Position numbers and translations under genes: made by a program
Origin: Paraspadella gotoi
Taxonomy: Eukaryota > Animalia > Chaetognatha
Assembly (NCBI GenBank): GCA_051294375.1
Contig: CM119267.1
Span: forward strand, 2,098,793-2,162,792
Length of the DNA stretch: 64,000 bases
Direction: 5' to 3'
The notes under the pieces: model-generated
Seen by the model: only the letters and a program-made list of their open reading frames with translations
Told to the model about the DNA's origin: nothing
The model's database searches: none
Part shown: positions 13,350 through 27,302 of the stretch, in pieces
Position numbering within the stretch: the stretch's first letter is position 1
Layout of the letters: every line of letters begins with the position of its first letter

Positions 13350-14721
13350 TTATTCTCTTGATAATGAAATGGGGCCGGTCGACTGGCCGGTCGTCGTCCC
13401 GGTCTTCGACCCTTTCTTCTCTTTTTCCACTTTTTCCAAAATCTTGTTGACGTCCATCGTTTTGTTGACCTTGACGTAAGTTCCTGAGCTGACTTTGGCA
13501 ATCGTTAACCTGAAAAAATAATTGAATTAAAAAAATAAAATTAAACTATTTCATATCAAAATTTTGATTCCGTAAGAGGCTAACAGGCATAAACAATTAA
13601 CAGACGCAAAAGGAAATAACATTAACAAAAAGGCCCGATTTTTATTCAGTATTTCTATATTGTTATACCAAGTTGTTTATATTTTCCGGTTCTCACCATT
13701 CTGGAGCGATTTGAGCCAAGAGTTTGATGTGAGCTTCGACGGCGTTGGGCCCGATGGCGGTTCGATGAGATTCCCCCACTTTCTTCAAGACTTCCTCCAA
13801 GGGAAGAGCCGGCTTCTTCTCCGTCAAAAAGTGCGTTCGAAGGATCTTGATGAAGTTGGGAAGGCGGGCGAGCATGCTCAGTCGGTCTGAAGACTCGCTG
13901 CTCATCACCTTGAGAAAGAGAAACGGACACGTTGCGACTTTTTTTAAAATAAAAATCTCGTACGTTGACATAAATAAACTTTGTTATAAATATAATACAG
14001 TACAAACGTCAAAAAATTATGGGGGATAATGTTTTTGTATCCAAAACATTCTTTTTCAAATAAATCTAAAGAAAGCGAGGAAAAGACAGTCTGGATACAA
14101 TGTCTTTTACTTTATAAAACGAGCGCCAGGCCTCACCAAATTCTCAGCGGCTTTTTTCGCTTCCTTCTCCCTGATCTTCGCCAAGAGAGAAGAAGGAATT
14201 CCTTTCACCGCGGGTTTGGACGGAGGCGCCGGCGAAGATCCATTCTCTTTCCGCTTTTCTGTTGGGGAGGAAAGAAAATCAACTCGTATTCGTAAATGAG
14301 CAACGATTCTAAATTACTTTAACGACGGTAACGTTTTGCAAATACAACTTTTTTCCCCCTCTCGCACCTTTGAGCGAAGAATCGACTTCTTTATCTTGCG
14401 CCTTGGCATCCGCCACTTGTTTCAACGCTGCCTCGATTCTCTTGTTCAGCGATCCCTTTGCTTTGTCTAAAACTTCCTTCGCCGTCGAAAACTTTTCCAC
14501 CTGAAGTCAAAATATAACGAAGGGTTTTGCATTTGTATCCTCTGCAGCAGCCTCGGATGGAGTTTCCCCATCCACTTGCCTGCGGCGGCTGGGGCAGCGG
14601 CGCTTCGGTCACGTCGGGAATCTTCTCCAGCGGAAACTTGGCGTGCCAACGCTGGACCTTGTCTTCGTCCACGATCACCGGCGGTTTCAAGCTTTGTAAG
14701 AACCTGATGGAGAAGGAAACC

Positions 14722-14803
<82 letters not shown>

Positions 14804-17193
14804 CAGAGAGCGCGCAGAGATTCACTAGAATCCATCGTAACGTTAACTAACTTGGTGTGATGCTTCTTCACGATGTTGATGAGCGAATGATGGAACCTGT
14901 GGCGCCGGTTGAGCAGCACCGACGCCGTCATTGGCGGACGAACGTCGGAGGCGGCGTCGCAGCCGGGGACTCGAGGCTCCACAGTGAGTTCGTAGTGGGA
15001 GAAGTCATTCCTCCCGTAGACAACTTTGGCTTTTTCCTGGAATTGAATCGTGACATCTGGAGTGAATTGTGAAGAAGAACGGGGTGAGGAATAAACTAAT
15101 AAACTCACCCTCCTTAGTTTATAAGATTCGGGGAAGACGGTGATGATCTGCGCCAAATGCCTTTCGTCGAAAGAGCGACGCGTCAATTCTTGGACGGCGC
15201 CTTTCAGTTTCGAAAATGTGATCATCTCTTTTCTTGAAAGGAGAAAGGAGAAAAGAAAAAAAGAATGAAGGGAAACGATTGCACAGTCCTGCTTTGATAT
15301 TCTATTGTCGGAGGGATGGAGGCCATAACCCACCAGTCTGCCTCAAGTCAAAGTAAAGATACTAGTGTGGCGGTATATTCACATCGCCTCACGTCCACCA
15401 TCGTTCAGCCAATACCATTGACTCAGAGGGGGAACGCACCATCCAAAACGTGCGTTCTAACGAGTCCTAACGACTTCCTTCTGTGTGATTGGAGGCGTCA
15501 CTGAGGGTCGATCGACCCTAAAGCCAACAGTGAGATGCCCCATCCCAATGGGCATCACTGGTATCCCGGCTGTTGCCATACTAGCTCATTTATGGCAGTA
15601 GTGGATAATTTTTATACGTATTGGTTTGTACCAATTTCATACAAAAATTGAACTAACCTGTTGTAGTAAATTGAAACGGCCTGATCCATATTTCGAAGAA
15701 ACTCTAGAAGGATCTTGTATTTAAAGGGCAGAGGAAGTTCACCGCTGGGTGCGTCCACCTTCTCCGCCAAGTGAGAATACTTTTGATAAGCGGGTTGTTT
15801 CGTGGCGGCGGATTTGGGTGCCGCCTCCTTCTCTTTCACCGCCGCCGGCGCCGCCTCTTTCCCCAACTCTTCCTTCAAGCTCTTCTTCCGTCCCTCGATG
15901 GCCTTGAGTTTGGCTTGCAACTGCAACAGCTTGACGCTCTTAGACTGAGCGGCGTCGTCGGCGGCGTCGACGAGGGGTTTGGGCGCTGCGTCTTTTTTGG
16001 CGCCGCTTTTGCTAAGTTTAGCGATGAGGTCGTCAACGCCGGTGGACGATTCGTTCTTGTCTCTCGCCTCCTTCGCCTCCTTCAGTTTTTGTCTTAGTTC
16101 ATCGACTCTGGTTGACTTCCCTTTGCCTTTTCCTTTCACCGGTGTCGTCGTCGTCGTCCTCGTGGCTTCGCTCGCGGCTTCCTTGACGTCTCCCGCTTTC
16201 GACGAGGAACTCGGGGAGATGGTCTCGGAAAGCCTCTTCATGAGCGACTTGGCCTTGTCGAGGATGGGCGAGCTGGTGGAGGCGGCATCTTGAGAGCGTT
16301 TGGCGGATTCGAGGCGGACATCCTCGCCGCCCATGTTGAGCTTCTTGCGGGCGGAAGACATGGTGAGTTTCTTGACTGACCCGGGAAGACAACTGGAGAA
16401 AAGAAGGACAAATAAAATCTTCAGTTAAACTTTCTTCAGTAATTAAAGGCAGCGATCCTTACCCGACGCTCTTCGGACTCGGCGTCGCCAGAGTTTGCTG
16501 CCGCTGCTGCGGCGTCCGTTTCGGCGTCGTCGGTTCCTCCTCTCTCTTCTTCATCTTCCTCGGCGACCCCTCCTCTTCCGCTCCTTCTTCCTCCCTCACG
16601 ATGAGAGCGACCTTCTTCGGCCTCTTTCTTCCTCTCTGAATCTCCTTCAACTTTGAAGGAGACGAGGGTGGCGTCACGAGTTCGTGGTCTTCGTCGTGGG
16701 CGGTCGCCTCTTCGCCTACCACTTCCGGTGCCGGCGTCAACGCCTCGCGAATGTCCTTTTGTTTTTTAGTCTCGGCGCTTTTGGCCGCTTTGGCGCCGCG
16801 TTTGGGGCGCGACCGCGCCGCTTTTTGTTGTTCCGCACTGGAGGATGAAGAGGTGGCGGTGGCGGCGCGGCGAGTTCGAGTGGCGACGGCGCCTTCGTCT
16901 TGAGCGAGAGGTTTGGCGGAGAAAACAAGAACGCCGGCATCTTGTTCCCCGATGCTGGCGGCGCCGTCGAAAGTGAGATCGGGTTTTTGCGGCTCCGAGA
17001 AATGAACGCCGCTGGTTTTGCTGCTCGATTTTTCCGGAACGACGACGAGCGCAGGGGTCTCTTCGACCTTTCGACCTTTCTTAGCGAGAATCGCGGGTTC
17101 ATTCAAACGCACGACTTTCCTTCGTTTCGACGGTTGAATGTCTAACGTCTTTTTTTGAATCGCGTAAAAGTCCGTCACTTTGCATTGAGCCAT
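13350..17193 (-). CDS. CDT1: DNA replication licensing factor Cdt1
   Basis: N-terminal PIP degron QCKVTDFYAIQK, Cy motif RKKL, geminin-binding region LPLPFKYKILLEF..MDQAVS / QELTRRSFDERHLAQI, and C-terminal winged helix RLPNFIKILRTHFLTEKKPAL...APEW. About 9 exons. Confidence 0.9.
15366..15580 (+). mobile_element. Short TGTGGC...GCCATA element with 4-bp TSD (CTAG) in a Cdt1 intron
   Basis: CTAG at 15362-15365 and 15581-15584. Internal similarity to 61810-62067. Confidence 0.65.
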
Positions 17194-17696
17194 TTTCTAT
17201 TTTTATCTCTTATTTTTCTAAATCGCGAACGATGAAAAAAAAATACAGAACTCAAAGAAAGACGTTTTCTTAAAATAATGACGCAAAATGAAGGAGATAA
17301 CAAATTAAAAAGTTGGAATGGTGATTTATGCCTTCCCTCTCCCAAGTAACGGAACATGTAATTCTACGTATACCGCTAAAACTAAGCGGTAAACTTTAAA
17401 TATAAAGTATATCTAAGAAAAATAATACGCGTAAATGAAAAATATTTATTATTCGTTCTTTTTAAGATGTTGCACAAGGGCGTTCGCACCAAATGATAAA
17501 AAAAATAATAAAAACGTCAAAGGATAAAAAGTAGCAACTAACGATTCGACAGCAATAAATGCAATATTTCAGCGAGATGGCTCAAAATTTTCTAACCAGG
17601 GATAAAAAGATTTTAGGCTTAGGTGGCAAAAAAAAAAAAAAAAAAAAGAGCCCAGGCTTTTGACAACCCAAAGGGAATTTTTAAGATAAAAGGCAT

Positions 17697-19067
17697 TCAA
17701 CCCCGAACGGAAGAGGAGGCGACGGAGGCGTGGTACTCGAAAAAGTAAGGATGAGAGAGGGCGTTCTTGGCGGAGATTCGAGACAAGGGCTCGTAAGTCA
17801 GCATTTGGGACAAGAGGTCGTGTCCCACTTTGTCCAACGAGGGAATCATCTTGGAGAGATCGTTGGGCGGCCACTTGGGAAAGCTGCTTTTGTAGTCGGG
17901 CAGGAGAGAGACGCCTGCCCAGGAGGAGTCGTCGGGGGTTCCCAACAAACGGAAAATCCTGTGAGCGGGTAAAGAAGAATCTCATAATTTCAAACCGATG
18001 TTTTTAGGTTAATCAGCGAAGAATTATAAACACTACTATCAAGTACTTGACCTGAATAACTGGTCGATTTCCGAGTCGCCTTGAAACAACGCTTTCCTGC
18101 AATAAATAGAATTGAGTGTTATTCAAATGATTGGAATCCTTAAAACGATTTAAAAGGGTTTTCCCCCTGCGCGAAGACGCCACCTGACGATCATCTCGGC
18201 GAAGATGCACCCGATGCTCCAAATGTCGACGCTCGTGGAATAGTAGCGCGCGCCGAGAAGGATCTCGGGCGACCTATACCAAAGGGTGACAACCTCGTGC
18301 GTGTAGAGGCGCATGGGGACGCCGAACGCTCGAGCCAAACCGAAGTCGGCTGAAAAATGGAATAGGAACGCGATTAGGCTGAGCGTTGCTGGGTTTAACT
18401 TTATAAAAGAAAGAAGAGCGACTCGACCTAGTTTAATCTTTCCGCTGTTCGAGATTAGCAGGTTTTGTGGTTTTAAGTCTCTGTGAAGAACCCGATGCGA
18501 ATGACAATAGGCGATTCCTTGCAGCAATTGAAACAAAAAGCTTTTCACTTGTGCCATTGGAATTCCGGTTGGTGGCGCTGAGTCCATGTATCGCTTCAGG
18601 TCTACGTCTTTAAGAAGAAAAAAAAACAAAAGCGCATCTGATTCATTTGTAAACTTAACTTCGCAGAGAAAAAAGAAAGGATTCTATGTTCTGAAGTCGA
18701 GACTGACCCAAATACTCGAAGACGAGGTAGAGTCGCTTGTCGCAGTGAACCACGTCGAGTAGTTTGACGACGGCGTGGTGACTCAACTCCTTCAGCAGCG
18801 AGATCTCGCGGATGGCCGTCGACGGCACTCCCTCAACATCCGCGTCCAGACGGATTTTCTTCAGAGCCACCGTCTCGCCTGGAAGGGGGGGGGGGCAGAA
18901 TTTTTAAAAGGAATGGAATAAAGTATAAATCGGGATAAATAAGAGGGAATATTAAGGCAATGTAACGTACCAGTCTTAATATCCTTGGCTTTGTAAACGA
19001 CTCCGTAAGTCCCTTCCCCGATCTTCTCCATTTTGTCGAATTTGTCCGTCACGTTCACCGTCGCCAT
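17697..19067 (-). CDS. CDK2: Cyclin-dependent kinase, PSTAIRE class, CDK2-like
   Basis: [57 protein letters not shown] and [10 protein letters not shown]. About 6 exons. CDK2 over CDK1 is judged from overall resemblance only. Confidence 0.85.
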
Positions 19068-19509
19068 TTTTAATTTTTAATTTATTAATTTCTTAAATTT
19101 TAATTTCTCACTCCTTCATCGTTCGCCGCGGGTTCGAGGTCGTTTCTCTCTCCCTCTCTGTCTCTCCCTCTCGCTCTCACACTCGAGCATCAAAAAGGCC
19201 GACCGACTTTTTCAGTGGCCCATTTTTTCACTTTTCTGTTTTTCTTTTGTGAAGGAGTGAGAGGTTCGCTCTAATTGAGTAAATATTAAAGTAATATAAA
19301 GTAATACAATAATACGGAATATAGTAACGATACCGTGGCGTACAAAATTTTTCTTTTCCTAACCAAAAGATGTACGAAAAAAACAACAAAAAAAACAAAA
19401 AAAAAAAACACGAACGAAATTAAGGAATGCGTCGTTCAGAGTCCCGGATGTGGATCGAGTCCCGGATGTGGATCGAGTAGATGGTAGAACCGGAAGCGAA
19501 TCCCGTCGA

Positions 19510-20956
<1,447 letters not shown>

Positions 20957-21355
20957 TTTTTGGGGTTTTTATTTTTTACTCAAAACAAAATAAGTTTTCT
21001 GTTAAAAATATTTTTTTTTAAAAAACCGTGGATCAAGATACGCCTGCAACAATAAACCAAGAACAATGAGAGCGCGTAAAAGGAAAAAAAAAGAAACGGG
21101 AACCAACTATGGTAGTAAAGGTTGCGATTCTATTTTCCTCTTCGTGGACAATTTTTTTCCCGCTAATCGGAAAAAATAAAAAGGAATCTAGAAAAAAGTT
21201 ACACTACGCGAAGAAAGAGTGAAAGAGCAAAAAAATCTCTTCCACGCTCTCTTCTCCTCTTCAGTCGGCACTAGTCTCTATAATAAATCTACCCTAAATC
21301 GACCTTAATAAAAAATACCCCCCCACTGCCCATGCCCCCCCCCTCGTCGTTTTTT

Positions 21356-22458
21356 TTAGCCGTTGGTGCAGTCGCGAGCGAGGTGACCGGGTTGACCGCA
21401 GCGAAAGCAGGGGCCACCCCTTCCGCCGCCGCCACCGCCCGGGGGGCCGCGTTCACCGGTGTCGGGCAGGGAGCAGTCACGGGCAAAGTGCCCGGTCTCG
21501 CCGCAGCGAAAGCAACTGGAGTCTTTAGAATTGCTCGATCCTCCTGTCGGACACTCGCGGGCAAAATGACCTGAAAAAAAAAAAATTAAATTCATAACGG
21601 AGTGGCCAGTAGAGTTTCTCTCGTCTCGACAATTCTAAAGATTAGAAAAGGGAGGAAAAATGCCAAGATATTTGTCTCGCGGTCTATTGAGACTCCCGTC
21701 ACCAACTAAGACGAGAGCCTCACCCAGATCGCGAATTCGCTCTCCTTCTCACGTCGACCCGTGACTCGTTCACAAAGAACAGGTCAGGTTCCTATGTGGA
21801 AGGGATCTTTCTCAGACCTCACTCGCCTTCCTTCTCTCACCGACTTCGCTGCACTTGTAGCACTGATTAGAGTTGCCACCGCCGCCGCCTCCTCCTCCTC
21901 CACCCCGTCGATCGCTGGGACACTCGCGAGCGAAGTGACCAAATCCGTCGCAGGTGAAGCAACGGGATCCGGCACCGCCGCCGCCACCGCCGCCACCGCC
22001 ACCGCGCCTTTCCTCAGGGCAGTCGCGGGAGATGTGGCCGGGTCGGTCGCAGTTGTAGCAAACGCCACCGCCGCCGCTCCGCCGGTTGGAAGAGCCTAGC
22101 AAAAATATTTTACAGGAATGAGTCATAATAGTAGATAATTTTAAAAAAATGAAAAACTTACCGCCTTCAGGACAGTCTCGCTTGAGATGACCAAGCTTGC
22201 CACAGACGAAGCATGCCGCGCCTGGACCACCCTTGGAAGGCCCTGCAAAAAAAATGCTTAACCATCAATAGCATTCCCAAAATACAATAGGCCACCAAAA
22301 ATATTAACAATCAAAAAAGAGGAGCGACCTTCGGGACAGTCCCTCTTGAGATGGCCGGGTCGATTGCAGTTAAAACAGTTGGAAACTCCCGAGGGCGAAG
22401 GGCAGTCGCGAGACATGTGCCCAACATCTCCGCACTTAAAACAAGTCGTGTCCCCCAT
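21356..22458 (-). CDS. CNBP/Byr3-like CCHC zinc-knuckle RNA-binding protein with Gly/Arg linkers
   Basis: Eight CX2CX4HX4C knuckles over 4 exons, separated by RGGGG tracts. Confidence 0.85.
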
Positions 22459-22985
22459 TGTCGCCAGTTTATTAACTATTTAAACAAAAACAATGACAAG
22501 CCTATAAAATTTGATTAATAATCTAAAAAAATATTTTTTGTAAAATAATATAAATAATAATAATAAAAAATAATATATAATAATAAATTAATAATAAGAT
22601 AATAAAATAAACTGACGAAGGCGATAAATAAGGTTGTGAATTTTGCGCCGAGTCGAATGCGCAAAAGATATGAGTCAAAGTCGCAAATGTATATTCTTGC
22701 TCACTGGTTTAAAATCTGAAAACCATGATCGCAGAGGTATATTTATTTCAGGTAGTAAAATTTGATATTGTCAGTATAAAAGCTTTTTTTTTTCGACTGC
22801 ACTCGTCGAAAAAACTATCACATTTAATTATTCGCTAGTTAAATAACAACGAAAATAACATTAAAGATAAACATTAGTAAAAACGCAAAGGAAAAAGGGC
22901 CTTCACCCCCTTTCCCCCAAAGAATCTCTCAATGTGATTCGTGAGAGCGTGAACGTGGGGTCTCAACGTTGAGAAGACCTATAGT

Positions 22986-25900
22986 TTATAAGCGAAAGGG
23001 TCCGTGATCCGGGACTTGAAAGCTGAAAGACTGGGCGGAGCCTTCCTCAACCCCGAATGGGGACGCTGAGTCGGAGAAGTAATTCTCGATGATGTCCAAG
23101 GAGGCGCGGTAGACCTTCTCGCTGGGGGCGCCCTGAAGTCGTTCGATCTTATCGAGACCGCCGCACTCTTCGATCTGACGGCAAACGTGCTCCATTTGGT
23201 CGATCTTCTTCCCGATCTTGAGGATGTTGCTGATGCCGTCCAAAAGAACCATTTGAATCTTTTGGAAAAGGTGGAGAGGGTGGGTTATGTTAAGATAAGT
23301 TCAAGGTAAGATTTAATGAGACAATTGACAAGGTTTGGCCTCACCTTACTGTCGCGGCATTCCAGCAGATCGCAGAAATAAACGACGATCCCCATGTTGC
23401 CAACGGCGGCCACTTGTTCCAACGAACCACCCGACGTTAAATTGGTGATGGCCCAGATCGCTTCCTTTTGGGCCTGGGGTGCCACGCAAGAAATTAAGTA
23501 AATTTTCACCTGAAAATCCTTTTGTATTATTTAAACCCGTTTTAGTCACAAACTTATTAACCTTAAAGTCGCCCTTTTCAAGAATGTGTATCAAAGCAGG
23601 GACGAGGTTTAAATTGAGGACCGACTGGATTTGAAACTGATTTCCCGCCGTTATGTTAGAGATCATCCAAGCCGCTTCTTTTTGAATGTTCGTTTTTTCG
23701 TGCTGCAAAAAAGAAAAAATTATTCGGAGTTGATTGCAAATTTTTATATAGTATTAATTACAAGACATAAAAATTTACTGACAACTATTAGAAGTTAAAC
23801 AACAAGAATCTTATATTCTGAATGGAATTATGATTCTTATCGAAACCCCCCCACATTCGCCTTTTGGGGGAGACAAAAGGCTAATGTGGGGGGGGGGGTT
23901 TCTGATAGAGAATTAATATAATTATAAATAAATCGCGAGGAAGAAGAATGTTTTTTGACAATACGCCTGAGCAGAATAAGTTTGTCGCAAGTGAGAAAAA
24001 AAAAGCGTTAGTGAGCAATGAGTCTAGTCATGAATTCAAATCAACAAACAGGACTCGACCATTGCTCACGGACGCTTCAACTCTGGAATTAAGGTGAGCT
24101 TTCCTTCGAATTCACATTCACGATAGAGACGGGAATTTTTCGTAAATGGAGATGAAATCGATGACGTGGCGAAGCGGATAAAAGTTGCAGGTTCGACGTC
24201 ACGAAGCAGAGGCTCATCGCGTTTGGTGAGCAAAGCGTCTAGTCATGAAGACAAAACAATTTAGAACACGACTCGACGATTGCTCACGCGACGCAACGGG
24301 ACGGATGACTCAAAAGCGATTTAGTTTAGTTTTAGTTGTGGTTCAGTTTTTCGTACATTTATTACTTTTAGTGTTATCATTATGACAATTCAATTGCGCG
24401 TCAAATGCCAGAGTTAGTGAGCAATGCATCTAGTCATGAAACAAAAACAGATTCTGGCACGACCAGAGGCGTTGCCACTGACTCGGCACATTTTTTTTTA
24501 ACCTTCGTTTCTTAGTTTCTTTATTTTATTTTATTTTTTGATCGGGGCGCGAGGAGATTCGCCCCGCCCCTTTGTGAGCATTGCATCTAGTCATGACGAA
24601 AAGAAATCCTCACACGCAGGACTAAGACGAAGGCTCACTGAAGGACGGACGATCTTTTCACAAGTCGAGGCCGAAAAAATACACGAGAGACGGAACGAAA
24701 AAGAAAAAGAAGGAAAAGACGAAGTAAAAACCAACTTTCCGTTTGTTTTGTTTGGTAGATGAAGACGAACGAAGTTCGTGAGAAACAGTCTAGTCACGTG
24801 ACAAGCGTAAAAAAAAACGAGATTGGACTGATTTCCCACGAAATTAGAACGACAATTCATTTTTATTTTAGTTTTTAACGCTGAGACGAGACAAAGAATG
24901 AGTTTTCTTCTCAGCGCCATGCGTGAGCATTACGTCTAGTCATGATGGAAGAGAAACACGACTCGGCCCTAATGCCACGCGAAGAACTGAGAGAGAGGAA
25001 CTGAGAGAGAGGAACTGAGAGTGAAGCCGACGAAAGGTGGGTGTGGTTTATTGCGGGGAAAATTGGATCAATTATCTGCGAGATGAAGACGCGGTTTTTT
25101 TTTTTGTTTTTGACGAATTCGATTTATTCTTTTTGGTTTTCGTTAGGAGTTTATATTTATTTATTCTTTTCTTTGATGCATGTCACATGGAATTCGATAC
25201 TATTTTAGACAAAATAATAATAAAAGAAAATGTTATGTCGACGTGAATAATTGTAAGCTTGTCGGCTTTTATAGCCGAAAGTCGTCCTCGGTGTCCTCAG
25301 CGTAAAGTCAGTGGGTAATCAACCACCGGTTACCACGGTGGCCAGAGACCTGACCTACATGAGTAGAAAAACTATAGGGAAGAAAAGTAATCCCTTACCA
25401 TCAGCAATGGCTCCATTTTCGTTAAGACCCCGCAATCGATGACGGCTTGCGTCTGAAGGTCGGTCCCGGTCACGATGTTACCCTAAAAAAATTATTCCAT
25501 GACTTTGGTTAAATAAGAAAATGAGGAAACCTTCAATTTAGAATCATTAACTTACCAGAGTTCGCAGACAGGGAGGTAAGGTCGTCAAATCGTACTCGGA
25601 AAGGATTTCTACCAGCGTGGGCACGACGCCTGAGGAGATCGGAACGAGTCAGTGTCTTCAAATTTGGCCAAAAACTACTTTACTCACCCGTTTGAATCAC
25701 AGCCTCGATCTTGTCGTTTGTGCCGTCGGTCAGGTAACTAAAAAGTTGATTGGCGATAAAATAAAAATCTCTTTCAAGTCGCGGAGAAATTAAGGTAAGC
25801 TTAAGCGACAACTTCAAATGGCGGAAATTTGATCTCTTTGGTCTCTGTCTCACCTGAAGGCCCAACAGGCGTCGCTTTTGATCTCTTTGTCGGAATATTT

Positions 25901-27025
25901 GAGGAGATTGGCGAGAATGGGGAGGCAGGGTTGAAGGAGGGAGAAGTCAGGGGGCGGGTTCTTGTTGCGACAAAGATTGGAAAAAGTCCAAGACACGTTC
26001 CGGACAAAGCCTGAAAGGAGAAAAAGGAGAAAAAGATGAAAAATAAGGAAAAAGGAAAAGGGGAGGGGAAAAAGGAAATTCCGCCCTGATCCCAAAGCTT
26101 AACTCACTATCGGGTCGCGGGATCGAGAGCAGATCCAAGAGGCGAGGAACGATTCTGTTGCGAAGGACCGAGTCTCTCAACGAGGGGCCATCGCCAGCGA
26201 TGTTGCCCAGAGCCCAGACGGCCTGTTCGCTCACGGCCGAGTCCGGCGATAACAATAAGGCGACAAAGAAGGGAATGGCGCCGGCCTTGACGACCGCTTG
26301 CGTCTCCTCGGACGAACCCGACGCGATGTTGGTCAACGCCCAAGCAGCCTCGAACTGGAGAGAGCCGCCTCCCGGCGTCTGGGTGTCTCGGGCGTCGGCG
26401 AAGCTGGAGCTGAGGAAACGGACGAGGTGAGGGACGAGACCCGCCTCGATTATCTGGTGGAGAGTGGGAGAGAGAAGTTGGACATCTCCTTCAATCGAAA
26501 CGGAAGATGAATCGACGTGCTCGATGCACCTCTCGAAACGGCGGTTGCTTCCCTTTGGACAGCATCTCTCTCACGGCTCTGACGGCGCGAACTTGCTTTT
26601 GTTGGTCGTTCGATTGGATCGCCTCGGCGATCTCTTCCATAGACGCCTGATGGAGACCGAGATGACGTTGAGATAAGAAACAATGGTGACAAAAAATATT
26701 GAATGTAGAAAAAAAAAAGAGAAAAAAAAAAAAAACTGACCCCCGCAAAGCTGGGACGATTCCCGATACCCAACGGGCTGACATTCTCATCGTCTTCATC
26801 GACGATGTTGCGTCGCTTCGAGAGTTGATCATCCCGTCCGCGTTTACGAAGCTCCACAGAAACCTGCAAAGGGTAACGGAAAGGAGAGAGAATATGGTTC
26901 GATGAAAAGGTAAGGGAGACATGGGTAAGTCACGGAAAACTCCCCTCCGTTCTTTTCTTCCTCAATTCGTCTCCGGTCTTTCCTCGATTCTTGTAGCTGG
27001 CAAATCTGTCCTCGCGTTGTGCCAT
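22986..27025 (-). CDS. Importin subunit alpha (karyopherin alpha)
   Basis: IBB domain [21 protein letters not shown]...LSKRRN. ARM repeats [26 protein letters not shown] and [15 protein letters not shown]-terminal [13 protein letters not shown]. About 11 exons. Confidence 0.95.
23833..23913. repeat. Near-perfect hairpin in the importin-alpha intron
   Basis: GAAACCCCCCCCACATT.GCCTTTTG pairs with CAAAAGGC.AATGTGGGGGGGGGGTTTC. Confidence 0.7.
24003..24077 (-). ncRNA. pre-miRNA, miR-279 family (predicted 3p UGACUAGACUCAUUGCUCACUA)
   Basis: Hairpin arms 24003-24030 and 24050-24077; seed GACUAGA on the 3' arm of the minus strand. Confidence 0.8.
24218..24294 (-). ncRNA. pre-miRNA, miR-279 family (predicted 3p UGACUAGACGCUUUGCUCACCA)
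   Basis: GTGAGCAAAGCGTCTAGTC pairs with GACTCGACGATTGCTCAC. Confidence 0.8.
24406..24488 (-). ncRNA. pre-miRNA, miR-279 family (predicted 3p UGACUAGAUGCAUUGCUCACUA)
   Basis: Extended stem TGCCAGAGTTAGTG...CACTGACTCGGCA with the conserved seed. Confidence 0.8.
24568..24645 (-). ncRNA. pre-miRNA, miR-279 family (predicted 3p UGACUAGAUGCAAUGCUCACAA)
   Basis: GTGAGC...CTAGTC pairs imperfectly with GACTAAG...GCTCAC. Confidence 0.7.
24775..24842 (-). ncRNA. pre-miRNA, miR-279 family (predicted 3p UGACUAGACUGUUUCUCACGAA)
   Basis: TTCGTGAGAAACAGTCTAGTC pairs with GATTGGACTGATTTCCCACGAA. Confidence 0.75.
24921..24980 (-). ncRNA. pre-miRNA, miR-279 family (predicted 3p UGACUAGACGUAAUGCUCACGC)
   Basis: GCGTGAGCATTA...CTAGTC pairs with GACTCG...TAATGCCACGC. 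Confidence 0.72.
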
Positions 27026-27302
27026 TTTTAAGGGGGCGGGGAAAAAGTATTGTTTAAAAAGACTAAAAACAAAATAATAATTTGTTTTTAAAACATTGTT
27101 AGTGTAGTATGTCGCAGAGATTAAAAAAGACATACAACGTACGTCGTACATATAAAATAAGGACAAATGGAGGAATACATACAGGAATTATTAAGAAACG
27201 AATGTCTGACGACATGGCAATCCGATGAACGAATTATTTTTATAATGACTATCGCCATTGTGCCAGGTTCGTTGTAATAGTTTTTCCACGATCGATTTCA
27301 AG

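Noticed and set aside
24003-24980. Regularly spaced repeats resembling a CRISPR array or C/D snoRNAs
   Set aside because: Eukaryotic intron; the units are divergent fold-back hairpins with a miRNA seed, with no cas genes and no C/D box pairs.
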